A stretch of 64,000 nucleotides of DNA from Candidatus Cloacimonadales bacterium (GCA_041654875.1 JBAZCP010000003.1:4971-68970); one strand, 5' to 3'. Shown: positions 10,726 through 20,857, numbered from the stretch's first letter. Notes: generated by a model not told the origin, from the letters alone. Program-made: numbers and translations.

Positions 10726-13700
10726 TTAATAAGAATCAGCCTCTACTATCTCATGCTTTAGTTTTGACAATAGTTGAGAATAATGAGTTGAACAGTTTAA
10801 TAAAGCCTTATCACCACATAAAATAAACTGTTCTTTTGCTCGTGATACTGCTACATTTAATTTACGATCTACCTTATTATCATATGTTTGAAGGCTTATA
10901 TACTCAAGCTCTTCCTTCCTACTCAATGCACAGGACATAATGATAATGTCCTTTTCTGAGCCTTGATATCTTTCCACAGTATCAACCACAATATCTTCTT
11001 TTAAACCAGATGCTTTTAACATTTTTTGTATCAAATTACATTGTGCTTTCCAAAAACAAATTACACCTATAGTGTATTCATTTAATAAACCAATTTTCTC
11101 ATATTCACAAATAATTGATACGATAAGTTTTGCTTCATAAACATTTGTTTTCCTTTTTGACAATGATGTGCATGGAATAAAAACACATCGACTTTTCAAT
11201 ATATTATTATATTTTTCTGAGTTATTGCTACACCAATTTTCACTACTTTGTCGTTTTGATCCACTCTTTAAACAGTTATCGTAGTAAGGGTTTATTAATG
11301 AGGCTATCTCATCATGCATGCGATAGTGTGTTGTTAAAATATCCCATGCATGATCCCAATTGTTTAATTGACATAGTCTTATCATTCTTTCAAATAATGA
11401 TTCATTTAAGCGAAAAAGTCCGATCTCATCCCTTAAAAGTATGGGTGCTTCGTTTCGATCACTGCTTGCTATTGCAGGTAATTGATAATGATCTCCTATT
11501 AATATCCATTTTTTAAACTGCACACACAAACCAACAAGATGGGGCTCTAATAATTGTGATGCTTCGTCAACAATTAAAGTACCTTCGGGTATTAGTTGCA
11601 TGAGAAAGGTCCCATCATTTTGAAAGGTTGATACTGTTGATATAAATACTCTTTTGTTTCTTAAATGATTTATACTTTCATCTCTTAGTTTGTAATCAAT
11701 ATGGTTGCTTATATGTTCCTTATTATTAATATGGCGGCTCCCAAGTCTTATAAAGTCAAAACCATTCTGCTTTAATCTATCGGCAATCTCATCCACTGCT
11801 CGATTCGTAAATGCTAAGATCACGATGGGAAGATTATCCTTCTGCAAAAGGCGTGCAACCAAACCCATAATAACTTTCGATGTCTTACCTGTGCCTGGTG
11901 GACCCTGTATAATAAAATAATCTTCTGCTGCCATAGCCTTTTCTATTACTAAATCTGACTTAGTTTTTGTCTTTTCTATCTCACAATTAGGTTCACATGG
12001 CTTGATTTTTCCAAATAATAAATATCGCTTGTATTCTGTTGCCTTTAAAAAGAATGAGAGCGAATTGATTAATGAAAATTCCATATATTCTGTATTGTCT
12101 TTTTCTAATACAAAATAATCAAATTTATTAAAATAGTCATCTGCTAAAAAATCATTTCTCATCTCAAACACTAAGAGATTGTTTTCATAAGATTTAAAAA
12201 CACCTTTAATCAGTTCGGTCTGCGTTGCGTTGCTAAACTTGTTTGCCATACCATATAAGATTACAGGATCTCCCTCCCTAAAGTTTAATGATGCTTTTGT
12301 TTCAATCACATTAAAATATAATAAGCTGTCTCTTTTATCAAGAAATTTCAATTCACTAAAAACTGTGCCAATACGTTCTTTCATTTCTAAATCAACTAAC
12401 CAAAGTGAAGAAAAACCATAATCATATATATCTTCAATATTACCAATTTTATTGCTAAAATTCTGTCTGATAATATATGAAACAAATGTAGAAAAATATA
12501 TCTGCTCAAGCTCACTGGCTTTATGCACAGTTTGTATAAGAGTCTTTATTTTTGCTGTTTGGTAAGAAGGGAATAGGTTAATTTTTTCAGACAAAAGCTT
12601 AATAAAGTCTAATTCTCCTTCTCCAAGCTTAAAAATATTTGAAACTATATGGTTACGAAGCATTATTATTCGCATTATTACAGATTCTTTGATAAAAACA
12701 TTTCTAAGCGGATCTTTTTCGGCAGCAGAATAAAAAATCATACTATGTCCGCTTCTATCCTTGCCATACACGCTTTTCAAGATTAAGTCATAACATGCAA
12801 CTTGTGCACGATGATTCTCCCATACTTCATAATGAGGTGACTTCCCAGACTTGAGCTCAAAGATCCCTTTATAATTAGCATTTTCACTATCTTCAATCAA
12901 ACCGTCTAAACGACCCTGAATACCATATTCAGCTGATATAAACGATGGTTCGGTTATTATTTGTTGGTTTTTATATCTATTTACCAGTTGAACAATATTA
13001 TCCAAGTGGCAATCCTCTATTGAAGATATAATTTTTGAGCTATCAAAACCCTCTCTTGTCAGTATCTTAAGTGCATTCTTTGTTAATTCTTTTTCCACAG
13101 TTTCTTCGATACTTATGTCAACTTCATTTATCATATTGTCTAATATTTGATTAACCAATATTCCCTTTATAAGTGGCTCACTATAGTCATTATCATTGAA
13201 AAGTTTCAATAGCCATGTCTCAGGTAGTAATTGTTTCCCATAGCATTCTGCAATTGCACTTGCATCGAGCAAATAATCTGGCATAAAGACAAAAAAACTC
13301 TCACTAACTTGTATATATATATTCTGCTGCTGGTAATATTTCAGATTAAAAAAGTTTACTCTACAACCTGGATAATAGTAGTCTGCGAGCTTTGAAAACT
13401 GTTTTTCAAATGGTAAAGGCTGTTGTGCATCCCATAAATATATATCAATTATTTCCGTACTTATATCAGTCTTAGCTTTGATTTTTAATAGCTTTGTTTC
13501 ATACTTAGTTTTGTCCAACTCGATACTTAATATTTCTGCTTTAAAATCATACAAAATTTTTGTATTTGGTGCTAAAGTTTCTTCTATCATTAAATTATTT
13601 TGCAAATCTAAAAAAGCTCTTGGTAAGTCAAAAGCACAATCTGCTACATGCATAAGAAGTATTTTATTTATTGATATTATTATTTCTGCAAAGAATGAGA

Positions 13701-13977
13701 CATTTGGTAATGCTTTTTGATGGTTAAACTTGAGCAAATAGTTTATTCTACTATAAACAAAATGGTTAAGTTTTGTTTTATTTGAGAAATATATAAACTG
13801 AGCATATAGAGATGGGAATGTTTGATATTCTCCCTCAAGAGTAAAGTCTAAAATATCCTGTATTAACTGCTTAGCTTTTATCAGGTCCTTATAATCTACA
13901 CTATCTTTGAATACGTTATTTTGCGTTAAAACACTAACACTTAGTTCTTTGAATGAGCTGCATATATGATCTATCAT
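10726..13977 (-). CDS. Fused RecB/Cas4/Dna2-type PD-(D/E)XK nuclease + SF1B (Upf1/DNA2-like, AAA_11/AAA_12) helicase
   Basis: Nuclease motifs: GRLDGLI, FELKSGK (ExK) and QVACY (QxxxY), around 12770-12930. Helicase motifs: GPPGTGKTS (Walker A, near 11886-11909), LIVDEASQ, GDHYQLPA, HYRMH, VERYQGSEKDIIIMS, NVAVSRAK. Confidence 0.85.
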   Translation of the reverse strand: MIDHICSSFKELSVSVLTQNNVFKDSVDYKDLIKAKQLIQDILDFTLEGEYQTFPSLYAQFIYFSNKTKLNHFVYSRINYLLKFNHQKALPNVSFFAEIIISINKILLMHVADCAFDLPRAFLDLQNNLMIEETLAPNTKILYDFKAEILSIELDKTKYETKLLKIKAKTDISTEIIDIYLWDAQQPLPFEKQFSKLADYYYPGCRVNFFNLKYYQQQNIYIQVSESFFVFMPDYLLDASAIAECYGKQLLPETWLLKLFNDNDYSEPLIKGILVNQILDNMINEVDISIEETVEKELTKNALKILTREGFDSSKIISSIEDCHLDNIVQLVNRYKNQQIITEPSFISAEYGIQGRLDGLIEDSENANYKGIFELKSGKSPHYEVWENHRAQVACYDLILKSVYGKDRSGHSMIFYSAAEKDPLRNVFIKESVIMRIIMLRNHIVSNIFKLGEGELDFIKLLSEKINLFPSYQTAKIKTLIQTVHKASELEQIYFSTFVSYIIRQNFSNKIGNIEDIYDYGFSSLWLVDLEMKERIGTVFSELKFLDKRDSLLYFNVIETKASLNFREGDPVILYGMANKFSNATQTELIKGVFKSYENNLLVFEMRNDFLADDYFNKFDYFVLEKDNTEYMEFSLINSLSFFLKATEYKRYLLFGKIKPCEPNCEIEKTKTKSDLVIEKAMAAEDYFIIQGPPGTGKTSKVIMGLVARLLQKDNLPIVILAFTNRAVDEIADRLKQNGFDFIRLGSRHINNKEHISNHIDYKLRDESINHLRNKRVFISTVSTFQNDGTFLMQLIPEGTLIVDEASQLLEPHLVGLCVQFKKWILIGDHYQLPAIASSDRNEAPILLRDEIGLFRLNESLFERMIRLCQLNNWDHAWDILTTHYRMHDEIASLINPYYDNCLKSGSKRQSSENWCSNNSEKYNNILKSRCVFIPCTSLSKRKTNVYEAKLIVSIICEYEKIGLLNEYTIGVICFWKAQCNLIQKMLKASGLKEDIVVDTVERYQGSEKDIIIMSCALSRKEELEYISLQTYDNKVDRKLNVAVSRAKEQFILCGDKALLNCSTHYSQLLSKLKHEIVEADSY

Positions 13978-13991
13978 TAAGTTTGAAAATT

Positions 13992-14972
13992 CTACTTATT
14001 CAAGGCTTTCTGATACTCACTTATCAATTTTTGCATATTATTCTGAAACTCTGGTATGTATGCGTTTAAACTATTTAGCATATTTAATGTGTAAACGACT
14101 TCTGGATTTCCACTGCTTGGTGCAGTATAAATTTGTTTGTCAGCCCGAACTTTACATGCATTTATCAGTGTTGGTTGTTTGCTGATAGCATTATGCTGCA
14201 TTGATATATCTTCCAAAAAGCTTATATCAACCTTCTCTGATTCATTGTAATCATGTAATTTAAGCCAAGCTTGTTCATAATTATTTAACATTATGTCTTT
14301 TAAATCTTCAAAAATCTCAAATGAATCTTTTATCCATCGGTAATTAATATGTTCAGAACTAATTGCAGGCATTGCAAGCTTAAACAAATCGTCGCTTTTA
14401 GATATCTTGGGCAAGTTTAGCTCTATTGCCTTTTCTATTTGTGGTTTTTCTTTCTTGACCTTGAAACTATCAGGACTTGGCTCAAATTCTCCTTTTTCTA
14501 TTCGCTTTCTCATGGCTTTTGCTCGTTTATTCATCATCACTTTTTCCCAAAAATCAAGATAGATATGTGCTGACTCCAAACTCTTTGGATCTTCTTGCAT
14601 ATAAACATCTAAAACAAGCTTAAATTTTTCTCTATCTATGGTAAATACTTCACTATAACAAGATTGCTTCATTTCTATTGTAATATTTGTCTTGTTTACA
14701 AATTCTTGAAATATTACCCTTTTAATTAGTTCATTATCTTCATTTATCATTGCAGGAAGAATTGAATCGATTATCTTACACTTTTCAATTTCAATATCAA
14801 TCCTTTGTCTATCGCTATCCATATTAATTTTAAATAAAGCAGACTTATCAAATACAAAAACAATCCGAGTAATTTCCTTATAGTCTTTAAAGTAGCTGTG
14901 AATCAATGTTTGTGATGATAGAGAACAAACAATAACGACAAATAGTATTATTAGGGTAGTTTTTTTCAACAT
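13992..14972 (-). CDS. Exported protein of unknown function (possible AMIN-like N-terminal domain)
   Basis: 326 aa. Signal peptide MLKKTTLIILFVVIVCSLSSQ. The segment RIVFVFDKSALFKINMDSDRQRIDIEIEKCKI resembles AMIN-domain strands (weak). It ends 14 nt before the helicase start. Confidence 0.65.
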   Translation of the reverse strand: MLKKTTLIILFVVIVCSLSSQTLIHSYFKDYKEITRIVFVFDKSALFKINMDSDRQRIDIEIEKCKIIDSILPAMINEDNELIKRVIFQEFVNKTNITIEMKQSCYSEVFTIDREKFKLVLDVYMQEDPKSLESAHIYLDFWEKVMMNKRAKAMRKRIEKGEFEPSPDSFKVKKEKPQIEKAIELNLPKISKSDDLFKLAMPAISSEHINYRWIKDSFEIFEDLKDIMLNNYEQAWLKLHDYNESEKVDISFLEDISMQHNAISKQPTLINACKVRADKQIYTAPSSGNPEVVYTLNMLNSLNAYIPEFQNNMQKLISEYQKALNK

Positions 14973-15087
14973 TTTATCTCCTTAGTTTACTAAACTTAAA
15001 TTGTTTTAATATATTCTTCCTACTTTATTTTACGTTGACACGTTACTCATTAACAAATAGCTTTTAATCATTATTAATGTCGATTCT

Positions 15088-16806
15088 TTAGTACTTCTTC
15101 AAAGGATCTAAAAATCCAAATAGGTTTACTGATAACTCTTTGAGTGAATAAGATACACCAGCTCTTACAATTAAACCGCTAAAATTGATGTCTGAAAATG
15201 GTTCAGGAATACCGCCATATGACCAGTCATACGAACGATTATCAATTTCAAGTGTTACGCCTGTTGGTGGCAAACCGAGTTTCATATTAGCACCACATAA
15301 TAATTGTAAGTCTTGATTCATCATATAAGTATATTCGCAACCTCCTTGAATCCCCCAAGCATTGATGGTTAATTTGTTATCAATCCCTGTTACAATCCAA
15401 CTAAATGCCATTCTATCATAACCTGCCATTGCATTAAAATGAAGTGCATTTCTGCCAAACCAAAACTTTTTACTCAAACCACCATATGCTGACATGGTAT
15501 ATGCAACAAGCCCGCTTGCATCGTTATTAAGTTTACCAATAGGCTTTCCATATCCCAGCTCAAGATCAAAAAATGTCTGACTAATACCAATCATTGGTGC
15601 AAGATTATATCCAAATCCTATATTTGCTACAACTTGTTCTTTTACTTCTTTGTCATACAATAAAAATGATTCCAAAACCTCATCAGGCTTTCCTTCAGGC
15701 AATCTCATCCCACTATGATAACCCAGTTTTACCCAGCTATCAATACCAAGACGTGGATTTTCATATACAACCGAGCCTTGAGTTACTTTACCATAAAAAA
15801 GCTGTGCATCTGATTCATTTGATCTATAAGTTCGATTATCTCCTGTTTTTGTTATACGACCAAATCCTATCACCTTGTTTTTTATTTCCCCTTGTTCATT
15901 CTCATAACTATCTTTAATAAAGAAGCTATCGTCTAAATGAACTCCTTCTTTGAAACCCAATGGTACTTTAAATTTACTTCTACTTGATATATTGTAAATT
16001 TGTGCGGTAAGCTGGAAGTCCTCTATCTCTTTAGTTTTGACACCAATATTTTTTGCCCATGCCTGTACTGCATCATATTGAGCATACTCTTCTACAGTTG
16101 TTCTAAATTTTTCATTCCCAAATGTAAAATAGCTATAATCTGCTTTAACACCTAATACAGATTTGGGATTTCTTTCTGCAAAGCCTGAACCATAAGTTGT
16201 GCTGGCTTGCAATAGTTCGACAGACACTTGTTTATTTTCATTTATTTTCACAGCAAACCACACTACTCCGCCTTTAATCTCGACACGAACATCACCTTTT
16301 TCTTCTGTCATAGTCATGGAATTTATAAAAGGCAGATAAATATACGATGAATTATATAAGATTGATAGTTCACGATCTGTAAGCCCCATTTCTTTACCTT
16401 TAGATCCTGCAAAACTTACACGATGTGATTCTTCAAATAAAGAAGCACCACGTTGTGCCTGTATAACTGGATCATTTAAAATAGTCCTGATTTGATTACC
16501 TACTGTTCTATTTAGAATAATAGCCATAGACTCAGCACTCAAATAATTAGCTTGATTAGCTTCTGATCTAAACTCATTCAGCAATGATTGAGGTAATTTA
16601 TTATAATCAAAACGATCAATCTCAACATAGTGTTTAACCATCTTATCAAAGAATGAATAATTAAATTTATTAACTCCTTTTAAAGCTCCATATTTGATCC
16701 ACACAGATTCTACTGCACTTATTGATTTTCTAACATAAGTTCCCTGTTGAGCAAATAAAGGAACAAAAATAAATATAGTAAGCAAAATTGTTAATACTTT
16801 CTTCAT
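15088..16806 (-). CDS. Exported protein, probable outer-membrane protein with C-terminal beta-barrel-like region
   Basis: 572 aa. Signal peptide MKKVLTILLTIFIFVPLFAQQ. The C-terminal ~200 aa are rich in alternating aromatic/Gly strands (GFGYNL, AYGGLSKKFWFG, AGVSYSL). Confidence 0.65.
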   Translation of the reverse strand: MKKVLTILLTIFIFVPLFAQQGTYVRKSISAVESVWIKYGALKGVNKFNYSFFDKMVKHYVEIDRFDYNKLPQSLLNEFRSEANQANYLSAESMAIILNRTVGNQIRTILNDPVIQAQRGASLFEESHRVSFAGSKGKEMGLTDRELSILYNSSYIYLPFINSMTMTEEKGDVRVEIKGGVVWFAVKINENKQVSVELLQASTTYGSGFAERNPKSVLGVKADYSYFTFGNEKFRTTVEEYAQYDAVQAWAKNIGVKTKEIEDFQLTAQIYNISSRSKFKVPLGFKEGVHLDDSFFIKDSYENEQGEIKNKVIGFGRITKTGDNRTYRSNESDAQLFYGKVTQGSVVYENPRLGIDSWVKLGYHSGMRLPEGKPDEVLESFLLYDKEVKEQVVANIGFGYNLAPMIGISQTFFDLELGYGKPIGKLNNDASGLVAYTMSAYGGLSKKFWFGRNALHFNAMAGYDRMAFSWIVTGIDNKLTINAWGIQGGCEYTYMMNQDLQLLCGANMKLGLPPTGVTLEIDNRSYDWSYGGIPEPFSDINFSGLIVRAGVSYSLKELSVNLFGFLDPLKKY

Positions 16807-16927
16807 GTTTCATACCTCCTTTTATAATCTATTCTATAACAAAAATGTGTTTATTCATGATACTATAAAAAGCTGAATCTCAATATCTTTATCAATTTAA
16901 ATAAGCTTTTTAACAATAAAATATTGA

Positions 16928-18277
16928 TTAATTATCCTCATTGACTGAAGCGATCATTTGCAATAGATCACGATTATTAAATCCTATATTATTATATGCA
17001 TTTTCAATTGCAGATGCCTCATCTTTTACAGATAAACCCTTTCCTGAGACTGTCATACTACCGATTACATTATTTGCTTTTAAGTCTTTTAACTGAATAT
17101 TTACCTCTATATTTACTAAAAATTGCGAGCCACTGCTTCCTTCAATTTCCCGTGAATCCTTTATATTAATTGTACCATCAAGCAAAAGATGCGAATTTTC
17201 ATTAACATGAATTAAGTTTTTGCCCAGCATCTTGATTAGCTTCTCTTCAACTTTTTCTTGTCTCATACCTTTTTTATCTTTTATTAAAAGCTGCACAGCT
17301 ATATTTTCTATTTCAGATGTCTTAAAAAAGGCTTCTCCAATTGTATTATTGAGTAAAGAATTTAAGTATGTTGGCAAATTATAAACATCCATTTTTATGA
17401 TAACTTTCCCTTTATTGCCCTGAGCAGGTACAGCAATAACATTAACAGAAAATTCGCCCTCATTATTTGTAAAACCCTTTTCTATCAGCTCTCCATCTGA
17501 ATAAAAAACTCTTACAGGGATACCGCTTATGTTCGAAATATCACCTGTTTTAGGGTTGCGCATATTAGCCTTAAAAACAATTGCTGATTCCAACTGTTTT
17601 CCAATCTTAGAATTTTGATTATTACCAGATACCACATCAAAGCGTATTGCAGCAAGAGCTTTTCTTATACTGCTATCAATACTGTTTACAGTGACTCCTT
17701 CTTTGGTATTATAAGGCTTATCAGCAAAACAATCATATAGTGATTTCTTAGCATATAAATCAACTATGAGCCCCTGAGCATCAATATAGTTTTGAATCGA
17801 GGGCACTAATTTGCCTTGATCTAACAGTTCGTCTGCATCAGCAATTAATACATTAAGAGAGCTATTTATCAAATCCAAATCATTCTTTAGGGTATTTAAA
17901 AACGACTTCTTCGATATAGATACCATCATATACCAGGTATCTTTTTCTTTTTTCTCCATTTCAACAGTCATACCCTGTACAGTTTGATCGAGAGTTAGTT
18001 TTGTTGACTGTTGAATAGTTTCCAAATAATAATTTTTGCCGTCTTCTTCAATTTCAATTGCATACGATTCAATCTGTGTTTCGACTCTTACTGTAATTTG
18101 CTGCAACATATCATCTCGAGCATTGTTGATGGCTGTTTCTCTACTTGTACCTTGTCCTATTCCAACAATTTTTTCATCTTCATATTTACGAACAGTATTA
18201 AGATTATACCATTTTGGTATTGCCATACATGATAGAATCGTACTTGCTGCCACTACAATCAACACAAGCCTTTTCAT
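16928..18277 (-). CDS. Lipoprotein with LPP20-like N-terminal domain
   Basis: 449 aa. Lipobox ILSC near residue 17. The segment IVGIGQGTSRETAINNARDDMLQQITVRVETQIES matches the LPP20-family pattern as I remember it. Confidence 0.7.
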   Translation of the reverse strand: MKRLVLIVVAASTILSCMAIPKWYNLNTVRKYEDEKIVGIGQGTSRETAINNARDDMLQQITVRVETQIESYAIEIEEDGKNYYLETIQQSTKLTLDQTVQGMTVEMEKKEKDTWYMMVSISKKSFLNTLKNDLDLINSSLNVLIADADELLDQGKLVPSIQNYIDAQGLIVDLYAKKSLYDCFADKPYNTKEGVTVNSIDSSIRKALAAIRFDVVSGNNQNSKIGKQLESAIVFKANMRNPKTGDISNISGIPVRVFYSDGELIEKGFTNNEGEFSVNVIAVPAQGNKGKVIIKMDVYNLPTYLNSLLNNTIGEAFFKTSEIENIAVQLLIKDKKGMRQEKVEEKLIKMLGKNLIHVNENSHLLLDGTINIKDSREIEGSSGSQFLVNIEVNIQLKDLKANNVIGSMTVSGKGLSVKDEASAIENAYNNIGFNNRDLLQMIASVNEDN

Positions 18278-18288
18278 ATTGCCTTCTT

Positions 18289-19548
18289 TTATTCAATTTT
18301 TAATAGTATTAATTTCCTGTTTGTTGTTATCGGTTTTAGTTTTGAACCAAAAGCTGAATTATCAAATTCTCTTCTTACATCTCTCAAAAGTCGCCTTGAA
18401 TTATCATATTTTAATGGGTCACACCATATTAGGTAATCAAGTGTTTGTTTTGTAGCAATATTTTCTTTGGAACGTTTTGAATATTTATCTATTACATCCA
18501 TAAATAAATCTTGAATATCTAATACTTCATCTTCTGATAATGATGGATCAATGCTTATTACAAGTTTATATTGAATACCATTTTGTACATCATCTCGCCA
18601 ATAATTCTCAATACGGCTCAAAACATTATCTATAGCTGTATTCATTGCCTCTTCAATTGAAACCATTGTCTCGCCCTGACGACCTTGACTATAGCCTGTT
18701 TCTGCACCTAACAAACGGCCTGTTGTTGTCTCATAAGCACGTACATTCATTGCATACTTTTTTGTATTATATCCTGAGTTTTCATAAGCACCAGAATAAG
18801 TAATATAAACATCAGAGCCTATTGATAAAGCCAATTTATAAGCCAAGTCTTCACTACGATCTCCAAGCATTTGTTGTGCATCAGCAAGTGTATTTATTGC
18901 ATCTATCTGTTGTGGAACTATTACATCATATTTCTTTGCTGTGAGATGCGACTCGACTACTGAGGCTGCGTGCTTTAAGATCGGATTATTACGTAATTCA
19001 TCAATGGGATTAACTCCTTTACCTACTTCAGGGATAACCATGAGTTGTGGTAAACCAACTGCTTCTGCAAGCTCTTGGCGGCTGTCTATAATTTTAAAGT
19101 TTTCCAAATCACGTCTGATTATTTCCTTATTAACTTTGAAACGCTTTGATATTCTGACTTCTTGTCCTTTATTAGAAATAACTTTAGACAATAATTGGGT
19201 ATCTTCGTAACTTATATATCGTGATACATTTGACTTATCAAAAAAGTAATCGATATGTGGTTCCATACTCTTTATTTCTGCTGAATTTCTTAACATTGGA
19301 TCTGTACCACCGTATAAGACGAAATAAACTGCTGCCTTCTTTGCATCATCAGTCGCTCGACTAACACCATATTTCTCAACTTCTTTTTTCTTTTTATTTT
19401 TATAAATTCCAGTTGCTTCTACCAATACCTCTGATGAGCTTACATTCTCAATAAGGGTTGCCTGCTTGGATTCGGGTAATTTTGCATGAATTAGGGAATG
19501 AGTTAATGCAGCTATAAGCAAAACAATCAAGACCAAATATTTTCTCAT
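18289..19548 (-). CDS. Exported protein of unknown function, first gene of the exported-protein cluster
   Basis: 419 aa. Signal peptide MRKYLVLIVLLIAALTHSLIHA. AGGAG RBS. An 11-nt gap separates it from the next gene. Confidence 0.7.
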   Translation of the reverse strand: MRKYLVLIVLLIAALTHSLIHAKLPESKQATLIENVSSSEVLVEATGIYKNKKKKEVEKYGVSRATDDAKKAAVYFVLYGGTDPMLRNSAEIKSMEPHIDYFFDKSNVSRYISYEDTQLLSKVISNKGQEVRISKRFKVNKEIIRRDLENFKIIDSRQELAEAVGLPQLMVIPEVGKGVNPIDELRNNPILKHAASVVESHLTAKKYDVIVPQQIDAINTLADAQQMLGDRSEDLAYKLALSIGSDVYITYSGAYENSGYNTKKYAMNVRAYETTTGRLLGAETGYSQGRQGETMVSIEEAMNTAIDNVLSRIENYWRDDVQNGIQYKLVISIDPSLSEDEVLDIQDLFMDVIDKYSKRSKENIATKQTLDYLIWCDPLKYDNSRRLLRDVRREFDNSAFGSKLKPITTNRKLILLKIE

Positions 19549-19582
19549 TTTATACTCCTTTTTAAAAAAATTAATTAGTATT

Positions 19583-19610
19583 ATTTTAACTAAAGTGTTT
19601 TATATGTCAA
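19583..19610 (-). promoter_or_regulatory. Sigma70-type promoter of the exported-protein/helicase cluster
   Basis: Minus strand: TTGACA (19610-19605), 16-nt spacer, TAAAAT (19588-19583), about 35 nt upstream of the ATG at 19548. Confidence 0.5.
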
Positions 19611-19940
19611 GCAATATTTCCATCTTTTTTAACAATATACGTAAATACTGTTAATTATCTTGAATTACATGGCAAAATCTATTGTTTTTAAACGATTTAA
19701 TAATGCCAAAACACAGTGTAGGCAAAGTAGCTCAGGTATAATACTCACCAGCAAGTACGTATTCTCTCAAGCATTAATGCTGTAATAAAAACATTTTTTC
19801 AAAATAATTCCACTCAATTAAAGATCGTTTCAAACTATTTCAATCCCCCTCTATATATATATGCGTCCGAAAATGGAGTTTGCAGAAAACTTTTTTCAAA
19901 AATCTTCAAAATGTTCTTACAAGCGTCATTTTTTCGATAT

Positions 19941-20720
19941 TTATTTTCTTACTCGTCTAATAGCTTTTAATTCTCCTAACAATGATATTTGACGCATTTC
20001 TTCGATTGGCACTTTGATTACACCAAAATTTTTATTTATTGGTATCAAGTGTAATTCTTGCAAATCTGGGCGAATATCGAGTTTTTTGATTGTTAATTCA
20101 CCAGAAATTATGATTGCCACAATCTTTTTATTTAGGCTATCCCAATCAGTATTTTTATGAATAAAAACAATATCTTGATGTTCGATATCAGGATTCATAC
20201 TCATTCCATTTACTCGAAAAACAAAAAAATCATCGAGATTCAAGTTAGGCCTGTAATATGGAAATGGTACAAAATCTAAAGGTTCGTTATTGATAATCTC
20301 GATAGGTTCTCCTGCTGATATTTCTCCCACAACAGGAAGTAACTCTTGGATAGTCTCAACAACATCTTCTGTATAAACAGGAACGCCTATTGTGGTTAAA
20401 AAATACTTTGGCATATCAATTCTTTTGACCGAACTAATGAGGTTTTGAGCTTCTTTCATGCTTAATACCTCTTCAATGTGTAATTTCTCAATCTCTTCTT
20501 CGCTTAAAAACATTTCTCCTACACCTCCTAATAACCAGTTAATATTTACATGAAAAACATAGAGAAGCCTCTTAAAAAACTCTGCTGAAGGGCTAATAAG
20601 ATTGCGTTCATAACGTGATAAATTCGACTTTACAATTTCGAGTTTATCGGCTGCTTCAGACATGTTAAAACCTAATTCTTTACGAATTTGAACAATTTTT
20701 TCACCAAGACTTATATTCAT
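19941..20720 (-). CDS. XRE-family HTH + S24 (LexA/CI-like) self-cleaving repressor
   Basis: N-terminal HTH_3 (EKIVQIRKELGFNMSEAADKLEIVKSNLSRYERN). C-terminal S24 with Ser (VNGMSMNP) and Lys (ELTIKKL). The track start at 20726 is GTG. The ATG at 20720 follows AGGAGG by 5 nt. Confidence 0.85.
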   Translation of the reverse strand: MNISLGEKIVQIRKELGFNMSEAADKLEIVKSNLSRYERNLISPSAEFFKRLLYVFHVNINWLLGGVGEMFLSEEEIEKLHIEEVLSMKEAQNLISSVKRIDMPKYFLTTIGVPVYTEDVVETIQELLPVVGEISAGEPIEIINNEPLDFVPFPYYRPNLNLDDFFVFRVNGMSMNPDIEHQDIVFIHKNTDWDSLNKKIVAIIISGELTIKKLDIRPDLQELHLIPINKNFGVIKVPIEEMRQISLLGELKAIRRVRK

Positions 20721-20728
20721 TTTCACCT

Positions 20729-20769
20729 CCTTATTGGTTGCAAATATACAATAAGTAGTTATTTTGTCA
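20729..20769 (-). promoter_or_regulatory. Promoter of the XRE/S24 repressor with an overlapping palindrome (candidate auto-operator)
   Basis: Minus strand: TTGACA (20769-20764), 16 nt, TATATT (20747-20742). The inverted repeat is CTTATTG (20729-20735) / 12 nt / CAATAAG (20748-20754). It spans the -10 box and the transcription start region. Confidence 0.45.
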
Positions 20770-20857
20770 AGAACTATTTTTGCACTACTGCAAATAAATG
20801 AAAAAAAGCTTGATCTTTTTTCAACAAAAAAAATAATTGTTTGTGTATGGAGGAAAA

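Noticed and set aside
19611-19940. A 330-nt non-coding stretch between the XRE/S24 gene and the exported-protein cluster, examined for an RNA gene, riboswitch or fourth copy of the element
   Set aside because: It contains no match to the TTCTCCAAGATAGCAGGGGG core and no convincing stem-loops beyond a 12-nt AGCATTAATGCT palindrome. No conserved-looking motif is present, and there is nothing I can support.
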